Source of the DNA: Nostoc sp. PCC 7120 = FACHB-418
GTDB taxonomy: Bacteria; Cyanobacteriota; Cyanobacteriia; Cyanobacteriales; Nostocaceae
DNA length: 32,000 bases
Assembly (NCBI RefSeq): GCF_000009705.1
Contig: NC_003272.1
Coordinates: 1,980,001 to 2,012,000 of the forward strand
Direction: 5' to 3'
The first letter of the stretch is position 1; the number at the start of each line of letters is the position of its first letter. A program made the position numbers and the translations under genes. A model generated the notes under the pieces. That model did no database searches. It saw nothing but the letters and a program-made list of their open reading frames with translations, and was not told the origin of the DNA. This document shows, one piece after another, positions 9,287-16,310 of the stretch.

Positions 9287-9350
9287 TAGGGTGCGTCAGT
9301 ATAAGTAATTTCCGAGTATAGTTTAGATTTCATCGCACTGGCGCACCTCT
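9287..9350. mobile_element. MITE-like element, degenerate copy of the TAGGGTGCGTCAGTA family, inverted relative to 19523-19587
   Basis: The left end TAGGGTGCGTCAGTA is intact and the right end matches about 10 of 15 positions. The internal TAATTTCCGAGTATAGTTTAG matches the reverse complement of the 19523-19587 interior. Confidence 0.5.
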
Positions 9351-9474
9351 AATTAGATATAGATCTAATTAGTAAATATTTGTAATATTTAAGATTTTCT
9401 TTAGATTTTATAATTTAAGATTCTTTTTAGGTTGTTAACAGCACTTATATGCAGTAGTAAAGGGAGTGATTGCG

Positions 9475-9705
9475 ATGAAGGTCTGCCCCATAAACTCAAA
9501 AACACTACGTCAAATTTGGTCTCTGGTTGAACAAACCCAGTCCAGCACTCTTCTTCGCCTCAGTGATACAGATTTAGTCAAGCAGTTGTTGAAACAGCTC
9601 AATAGTCAACAAGCCCTCAGTAGTGAAGAAATTAATTCCGTAAACAGTTACCTATCGTCTAGAACAAATTTAATCCGAGATTTGGCTACTGCAAGACTGG
9701 CATAG
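9475..9705 (+). CDS. Small conserved hypothetical protein (76 aa), paralog of 3278-3514
   Basis: ATG at 9475 preceded by AAGGGAG. The ORF track starts at an upstream GTG (9466), which I consider less likely. See the paralog alignment under 3278-3514. Confidence 0.6.
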   Translation: MKVCPINSKTLRQIWSLVEQTQSSTLLRLSDTDLVKQLLKQLNSQQALSSEEINSVNSYLSSRTNLIRDLATARLA

Positions 9706-9909
9706 CCAAATTCAGGTAGGTTACTGCAAATATATAAGTAGTCATGATGAACTGACGAAAAAAGCTGTTTTTCCTGCTCTACCTTCCCTGGGGACACTCC
9801 CCATACTTGGAGCCTGTCGTAGACGTATCTGCCCAGCCTTACGGCTTGCCTCCGGCTACTGCCTCTTGCCTTTTTTAAGCTAAATCAATTTTAAAAAACA
9901 AGAAGTTTT

Positions 9910-9980
9910 GGGTGTGTTCGTAGACTAACGCGTTTCGCCAAATGTCAACATGGCGTGGCGTATGGCAATATAACACACCC
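9910..9980. repeat. Short inverted-repeat element (GGGTGTGTT ... AACACACCC), related to the TAGGGTG[CT]G family
   Basis: 9-bp terminal inverted repeats read directly, total length about 71 bp. Confidence 0.4.
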
Positions 9981-10620
9981 TATTGTTGTTTCATGTTTCC
10001 CCAGTTTGAGTATTTGAGCGATCATTTTCAGGAATTGCTTCAATAGGTAGTGATGAATAAATAAGTGGTAAACCTAATCTATTCGCTTGATAATGCACAA
10101 ATAAATGGGTAAGTATTTGGCTTATTTCATATTTCTTAGGCTTAAAAGTATTATAAATTTACCAAATGCTAAAAATTTTTGACGTAAACGTCCGTTTGTA
10201 TAAGGGAAATGTCTACCAATAATGTATGTTTATAAGATTCTAAGATTTAAATGAAATTTCGTGAAAAATTTAAAGATTTGATAAACCATCAGTAAAAACC
10301 CTCAAAAAACTGAGCTATAAAGCTACAATACGAGTTGAGTAATGAAAAGCAATAATTACAACATAAGGTAAATTGATGCCTACAGTATTTTTATTACAAA
10401 TAATATGCAATGTGTATTTTAAAATTGGATAACTGAAAATGATGTTTCCAAAGATATCCCTATATTTTTGTCCTAAAGAAACAGGCAATATCAATTTTAA
10501 TATTAAATATTGTTTCCGATTACAAATCTACGAACAAAGAATATATTGTTACTTAACTTAAGTGTTTCAACTATATCAAAAATAATTTCCGTTACACATT
10601 AGAAAAATTACTAATAAATC

Positions 10621-11904
10621 ATGCACATTCTCATCTACTCCTACAATTATTATCCAGAGCCAATCGGTATCGCACCTTTGATGACTGAACTGGCAGAGGG
10701 TTTGGTAGAGAGAGGACATCAGGTGCGAGTGATTACAGGAATGCCTAATTATCCACAACGGGAAATTTACGATGGATACAAAGGCAAGTGGTATGTGACA
10801 GAACAAAAGAATGGCGTAACTATCCAGCGTAGTTATTTACGAATTAAGTCTAAACCTAAATTAATAGATAGATTATTACTAGAGTTAAGTTTTATCTTCA
10901 CTAGTTTGCCACAAGCTTTTAATGGCGAAAGACCAGACTTAATTTTATTAACAGTACCGCCACTTCTAGTTTCACTACCAGCAACCCTGCTTGGGTTGTT
11001 TTATAAGTGTCCCGTAGTGTTAAATGTACAGGACATCTTACCCGAAGCAGCTGTACGCGTCGGATTGATGACCAATAAATTAATGATTCGCTTTTGCGAA
11101 ATTATAGAAAAATTTGCTTATAAAAATGCCACTAAGATTAGCGTCATAGCCGACGGCTTTCGTGAGAATTTAATAAATAAGGGAGTAAGTGCTAAAAAAA
11201 TTCTTTGTATTCCTAATTGGGTGAATGTTAATTTTGTCCGTCCCTTAGCTAAAAACAATTCTTGGAGAACAGTCCATCAACTAGATGGCAAATTTGTTGT
11301 GATGTACTCTGGTAACATCGCACTAACGCAAGGTTTAGAGACAGTAATAGCCGCAGCTACCTATTTACGTCACATTCCAGATATTAGTTTCGTCATTATT
11401 GGTGAATCAACGGCTTTATCTAGATTACAGAAATATTGTCTATCTTGTGGAGCAGATAATGTTCTACTCTTACCATTGCAACCAAGAGAACAGGTACCGC
11501 AAATGTTGGCAACGGCTGATGTCAACTTAATTGTGCAGAAAAGCAACGTGATTGCTTTTAATATGCCTTCTAAGATTCCACTCGCATTAGCTTCTGGTCG
11601 TCCAATTATTGGTTCAGTTCCCGCAACTGGTACAGCAGCCAAGGTGATTAAAGAAAGTGGTGGCGGTATGATTGTGGAACCAGAATCACCGGAAGCGTTA
11701 GCAGCAGCAGTATTGGATATATATAATAATTCGACATTAGCGACAAAGTTAGGCAATCAAGGTAGACGATTTGCAGAAGAAAACTTCTCTTTTGAGCAAG
11801 CAATTGACCAATATGAGGAGCTATTTTTTGAGTTATTGGGAAAGACGAGACCGAAGATTACTCGTTTAGCACCATCTCAGCAGAAAAAATCTGTTAAGAT
11901 TTAA
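10621..11904 (+). CDS. Glycosyltransferase family 4 (WcaI-like)
   Basis: 427 aa. The N-terminus MHILIYSYNYYPEPIGIAPL...GHQVRVITGMPNYP is typical of WcaI-type GT4 enzymes, and the C-terminal GT-B half contains an EPESPE motif. Confidence 0.85.
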   Translation: MHILIYSYNYYPEPIGIAPLMTELAEGLVERGHQVRVITGMPNYPQREIYDGYKGKWYVTEQKNGVTIQRSYLRIKSKPKLIDRLLLELSFIFTSLPQAFNGERPDLILLTVPPLLVSLPATLLGLFYKCPVVLNVQDILPEAAVRVGLMTNKLMIRFCEIIEKFAYKNATKISVIADGFRENLINKGVSAKKILCIPNWVNVNFVRPLAKNNSWRTVHQLDGKFVVMYSGNIALTQGLETVIAAATYLRHIPDISFVIIGESTALSRLQKYCLSCGADNVLLLPLQPREQVPQMLATADVNLIVQKSNVIAFNMPSKIPLALASGRPIIGSVPATGTAAKVIKESGGGMIVEPESPEALAAAVLDIYNNSTLATKLGNQGRRFAEENFSFEQAIDQYEELFFELLGKTRPKITRLAPSQQKKSVKI

Positions 11905-11927
11905 CCTCACATAGCTGAGGTGAGGGA

Positions 11928-12638
11928 ATGGTAAAAATTCAGCTAGCTCCAATTTTTCCTATTGTTCATCGGATTCTACAACCAGCTTTTCCTGGCTGTC
12001 TTTGGAGTGGCGATCGCCATCGTCGAGCGATCGCGTTGACTTTTGATGATGGACCCCATCCCCAATACACCCCACAAGTCTTAGCAGTCTTAGATCACTA
12101 CAATATCACTGCTAGCTTTTTTTGGTTAGGTGCTTGTGTTAACCGTTCACCAAGTATTGCTCAAGCAATATGCGATCGTGGTCATTGGATCGGCTTACAC
12201 GGTTACGATCATCGCTCTTTCCCCATGCTATCGCCTATCGAACTCCAACAGAGTTTAGAAAAAACCCAAGCAGCCATCTACAATGCTTGTAACCTCTCAC
12301 CTGAAAAAGTGCGCGATGTTAGACCTCCTAATGGGTTGTTCACACCCAAAACCTTAAATCTCTTACAAGAATGGAAATATCGTCCAGTGATGTGGAGTGT
12401 CGTCCCAGAAGATTGGGTAAGGCCTGGCGTTACACAAGTAATACAGCGAGTTATTAACCAAGTACAAAACGGTTCACTAATTGTTCTACATGATGGTGCT
12501 TGTGGTGGACAAGATGTAGCTGCAACCATTAAAATCCTGATTCCGCAACTACTACAACAAGGCTACCAATTTATTACAGTTGATGCTCTATGGCAACAAT
12601 CAATTCCTTTAGAAAATTCCCAATTAGACTTCCCATAA
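11928..12638 (+). CDS. Polysaccharide deacetylase (NodB homology domain, CE4)
   Basis: 236 aa with the TFDDGP motif and the LHGYDH metal-binding motif. A strong SD (GAGGTGAGGGA) lies upstream, 23 nt after the glycosyltransferase, so an operon is likely. Confidence 0.9.
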   Translation: MVKIQLAPIFPIVHRILQPAFPGCLWSGDRHRRAIALTFDDGPHPQYTPQVLAVLDHYNITASFFWLGACVNRSPSIAQAICDRGHWIGLHGYDHRSFPMLSPIELQQSLEKTQAAIYNACNLSPEKVRDVRPPNGLFTPKTLNLLQEWKYRPVMWSVVPEDWVRPGVTQVIQRVINQVQNGSLIVLHDGACGGQDVAATIKILIPQLLQQGYQFITVDALWQQSIPLENSQLDFP

Positions 12639-12659
12639 ATAATCACAGATAAACAATTA

Positions 12660-12689
12660 CCAATTACTAAGCATAATGCCAGTAATTGG
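12660..12689. repeat. Perfect 9-bp hairpin (CCAATTACT / AGTAATTGG) between convergent genes
   Basis: Arms at 12660-12668 and 12681-12689. Belongs to the GGTAAT/ATTACC motif family. Confidence 0.5.
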
Positions 12690-12716
12690 TCGGAGGTGAT
12701 AATTTAAATTTGACAG

Positions 12717-13064
12717 TTAGAAACTGGCTTCAGGTGCTTTTGGCTGTTGAGAAAACCCAGCCTCAGAATTATTAGCAAAAGTAGCCTCTTCAGTTCCTAA
12801 CAGATGATGAATGTCGCTTAAAGAAGTTGGTTTATTCACAGAGGTTTCTGTTGTTTCATCTTTATACTCAATTAGGTCTTCTACTTGACAATTCAAGGCT
12901 TTACAAAACCTAATAATTCTTTCAATGTGGTCTGTTCCAGTCCGTCCACTTTCCCAGTTTTGAATAGTGCTTTCAGTCACACCAACAAGACGGGACAGTT
13001 CCAACTGAGTTAGTCCTGCTTTTTCCCGCAACAAAGCGATTCTTGGTTTTGGCTTTTGTTTCAC
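12717..13064 (-). CDS. XRE-family helix-turn-helix transcriptional regulator with a long acidic/unstructured C-terminal tail
   Basis: 115 aa with GTG start. The HTH_3 signature is LREKAGLTQLELSRLVGVTESTIQNWESG. Confidence 0.8.
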   Translation of the reverse strand: MKQKPKPRIALLREKAGLTQLELSRLVGVTESTIQNWESGRTGTDHIERIIRFCKALNCQVEDLIEYKDETTETSVNKPTSLSDIHHLLGTEEATFANNSEAGFSQQPKAPEASF

Positions 13065-13091
13065 AGCTACAGCACTTTAATCTTACCTATA

Positions 13092-13108
13092 GTGCTAGAT
13101 CCTAGCAC
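13092..13108. promoter_or_regulatory. Perfect 17-bp palindrome GTGCTAG-ATC-CTAGCAC upstream of the XRE gene; candidate operator
   Basis: Lies 28-44 nt upstream of the XRE start codon, with a third AGCAC half-site at 13071-13076. Function is inferred only. Confidence 0.3.
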
Positions 13109-13587
13109 CAAAGAAAACCCGCGCTATCAAATTACAAAAAAAAATTTAGTCTTGTCTGTTCTTGAGTAAATAAGATTTTGTTAACATATCTTAAGCTAAA
13201 TTTTAATTTAGCTATAAATCTTAGCTGATATTCAAAAGTTGTAGAAGAGAAATTTCATTAATTATTACCTATTCTTATATAAAAATCGGATTTGATGATT
13301 GTTGGTGTAGCCTGTGCTTGTGCATGAAAATCCCAGTATCTGTAGGGTGGCATTGCTCAAAGCCACTTGCTCCAAGCCGGGGAACCCTTTCGGCATTTCC
13401 TCATCGGGTAAACCCACAAGATTAGACTACCTTACCAACGCAGTGGTTTCTCTACGCAGATTTAAAAAATCAAGTATGAATCCTATAGTAATATCTATCA
13501 AAATCACAGAATTTTTGTTTAAAGTAGTTTTGATATAAAGATTTTAAAATTGTGATAGTACTATTTTCAGTCTAGATTTGTCATATA

Positions 13588-14037
13588 TCAACTATGTATA
13601 GTCGCTTGTAATTGACTTTCTAAATTGACGCGTAACCACAGGTCAGCAAACGACCATACGCATAATGGATGAGCAGTAACAATAAAATCTTCTGGTTTAT
13701 TAGTAACAATCGCATTTAATTGATAATGGTTGATGCAAGCCAGTTCTACAGCAGATTCAAAATCTCTGAGAGGCGAATAACGTGCTTTTTGCAGCAAACC
13801 CTGATCGATAGGACAAATTTGAATTTGCTCTTGTAACCAATCAACTATGATCTCAGGAATCTGGCTATTTTTTAAGCAGTAAGTATAAGTAGAGACTTTT
13901 TGTAACCCAACATCTGTTAAGTATAATCGAATAGATGGATGTAAATTTTCTAATAACGTCCTGACATCCTCAGCAAGTTCGGTGCGATTCATGACGGCAT
14001 CTAATATTAAATCGCTATCAAATAAAATTTTGAACAT
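13588..14037 (-). CDS. PIN-domain protein (VapC-like ribonuclease fold)
   Basis: 149 aa. Has the N-terminal ILFDSDLILD acidic motif and the C-terminal DFESAVELA...AIVTNKPEDF pattern typical of PIN domains. Confidence 0.7.
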   Translation of the reverse strand: MFKILFDSDLILDAVMNRTELAEDVRTLLENLHPSIRLYLTDVGLQKVSTYTYCLKNSQIPEIIVDWLQEQIQICPIDQGLLQKARYSPLRDFESAVELACINHYQLNAIVTNKPEDFIVTAHPLCVWSFADLWLRVNLESQLQATIHS

Positions 14038-14068
14038 TTTTCACCTCACATAAAATATCAGTAATTAA

Positions 14069-14102
14069 ATGCCAAAATTCAGTGGAATAGATGATTTGGC
14101 AT
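14069..14102. promoter_or_regulatory. 8-bp inverted repeat ATGCCAAA-N18-TTTGGCAT upstream of the PIN gene; candidate operator
   Basis: Lies 32-65 nt upstream of the PIN ATG. Read directly; function is inferred. Confidence 0.25.
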
Positions 14103-14819
14103 GATGGTTGCTTAGGTTTTGTCAATAAACTAGTTTTGCTGTCAGTCAGGAAAACAAAAGCCTACTAGTTTTAGCAAGGTATAGGCTCAAAAGCCTTGTT
14201 ACATAAAGATTCTGCACTACGGATTTAAAAGCAGTGAGTACTGCTAACGGTAGCGGAGGTTGTGATGAGTCAGGGAAATTTTTTGTCAGGACTGCTTTGT
14301 CCAGATTAGTTGGTGTCGTTATTTAGCTGGTAACTGATGTAAGCAGGAACATTGACTAGATACAACCCGCAATAACCTGATTTCGGTAACGAGTACAAAT
14401 TAAAAAACAAGAGACACTAAAAACACCGCAAACCTTCTGATGAGGTCAGTAAAGTCATAAAAACACGGCATTTTCACGATATGAGTCTTCGTATTTGACT
14501 ACGCCAAGTGCTATTAACGGCATTTATGTCTAAATAATTACTTTATTAGACACAATTTATTACTCGATTCACAGTCAGCAAAAATGACGAGATAGACCTG
14601 TGAGTAGTTCCCAGCTAAACTAAAAGGCTCTACCCAAAAGGGGAAGGGGTGTTAAAGCATATCTAAAAAAACTGAGACTAGCGACTAACACACACTCACA
14701 TACAAACAGTATTTATACTTAAAACAATAGAAAAAGGCAAATATAAAACTATACAAATCTAGTGAACCGGAGATCATTGAGTTTGATCAAAATCTAGACA
14801 ACGCACTTTCTTATGGCTC

Positions 14820-16223
14820 TTATTCATTCATATTACGGTATGTAGCGACGGCGGAAGGCGATATGCGGTTGAGGTACCGGAAAATCCAGTATTTGAAGAT
14901 AGTATCTAAAATTACGGGAAAAGTTGCAATAAATAAGAAAATAAAATCTCTATTGGCCGGTAGTCCCCAGTGGCGGGATAAACCTTCTAAAATTACTTCC
15001 CAGCCATGAGGAGAGTGAAATCCGACAAATACATCAGTAAATAAAATAATAATGAATGCTTTGGCACTATCACTGAGACCATAGACAACATTATCAAAAA
15101 ACTCTTTGAGTACCATAATCGAAGGCTTGCTGACAAGCAGCAACCAGATAAATGCACCAACAGAAAAGATATCAGCAAACACATTTTTAATTGCATTAGA
15201 GCTTTCACCTCGAAACTCTGCTGCAAGTTCTTCTGCTTTTTCTTTTATTTGAGTTTCTATGGCTTCAGCAGAAAGTGGAGGTGCATTACTAATCAGATTT
15301 TCAAATTTGATTCTTTCTTCAAACCTATGTAGGGTTGATAATGCTTCTTCCTCCATTTCAGAGTTCAAAAATATCTGCTCTGTATGATCATTTTTAAAAT
15401 GGTTAAAAATGGGGCTAACGATGAGAGCTTTTGATAATTGGTGGGTTAAAAGAGGTACTATAATTATTAGTAAAATAAATCTAATCGATATGATACTTCT
15501 TTTTTGAGCCTGTCGGAAATTGTTAATAACATCCTGTTCGGCATTTGGGTCTAATTCAATTTGTAACCGCCCAATGGTACTCAAAATAGATCGTGGCAAA
15601 ATGCCTGTTGTATCTGCTTTGCCTCTCGATTTTTTACTCTGTTCTGTTCTTTGTTTGATTAATTGTGGTGGTGATGTTGGGGTATAAATGCGTTCGACTA
15701 AATTATTCTTATTAATATCATTAGTTCTTAAAGCGTCGGTAAGTGATGGGTTTTCAGGTGGTTGTGAACTAGTTGTTCTAACCTGTGATTCTGAAACTCC
15801 AGATGGTGCCACTATTTCATAATCAGTGATGATATATTTGGAGATGACTTCATCAATGAATTTTAATTTTTCTAAAGTTACATTAGAGCTTGGATACTCT
15901 ATCCCTGCTTTGCGAGCAGCTTTTTGATGAGATTCATTAGAAAACCAACGACTAAAACGAAATTCAGTTAGCCGCATTCTAGCTGTCTTTAACTCTTGGG
16001 CTAAATCAGACTCAAAATAATCCATCACACTATTGCTGTAGATGGCTGAGTTAAAGTCTATTTTGTTACCATTAAAGTGTTCATCTTCTATGGCTTTAAT
16101 ATTTAATGCAGCTTTGTAAGCTTCTTCTAAAGAACGTTCTGGAGTTCGTAAATACCAGCGATAAGCAGACAGGAGAATAGGATAGATTTTTTCGCTAAAA
16201 ATAGAATTCCTCATTGTAGGCAT
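14820..16223 (-). CDS. pxcA: Proton extrusion protein PxcA (CemA family inner-membrane protein)
   Basis: 467 aa. A long soluble N-terminal region is followed by a CemA-type C-terminal membrane domain ending FIATFPVILDTIFKYWIFRYLNRISPSAVATYRNMNE. Confidence 0.85.
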   Translation of the reverse strand: MPTMRNSIFSEKIYPILLSAYRWYLRTPERSLEEAYKAALNIKAIEDEHFNGNKIDFNSAIYSNSVMDYFESDLAQELKTARMRLTEFRFSRWFSNESHQKAARKAGIEYPSSNVTLEKLKFIDEVISKYIITDYEIVAPSGVSESQVRTTSSQPPENPSLTDALRTNDINKNNLVERIYTPTSPPQLIKQRTEQSKKSRGKADTTGILPRSILSTIGRLQIELDPNAEQDVINNFRQAQKRSIISIRFILLIIIVPLLTHQLSKALIVSPIFNHFKNDHTEQIFLNSEMEEEALSTLHRFEERIKFENLISNAPPLSAEAIETQIKEKAEELAAEFRGESSNAIKNVFADIFSVGAFIWLLLVSKPSIMVLKEFFDNVVYGLSDSAKAFIIILFTDVFVGFHSPHGWEVILEGLSRHWGLPANRDFIFLFIATFPVILDTIFKYWIFRYLNRISPSAVATYRNMNE

Positions 16224-16310
16224 TTATCTGTAAATTAATGATTAAGTAAGATTTATTTACTTTAAAATAACTCAAAAAATATATTAACAAATCTGCTCAG
16301 GAGATAATTT

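Noticed and set aside
9941-10045. 34-codon ORF (MSTWRGVWQYNTPYCCFMFPQFEYLSDHFQELLQ) in the long spacer
   Set aside because: It starts inside the GGGTGTGTT/AACACACCC repeat element, has no RBS and no recognisable family. It is noted only as a possible gene remnant.
10576-10806. 76-aa ORF antisense across the glycosyltransferase start
   Set aside because: It overlaps a well-supported gene start, and its product is Cys/His/Trp-rich and not protein-like.
13314-13538. 74-aa ORF in the XRE-PIN spacer
   Set aside because: It runs across a dispersed Nostoc-type repeat segment (about 13333-13450), has no RBS, and its product has no recognisable features.
14038-14120. Short antitoxin ORF overlapping or abutting the PIN gene start
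   Set aside because: Reading the minus strand upstream of the ATG, stop codons occur within about 8-15 codons in every frame, so no antitoxin-sized ORF exists.
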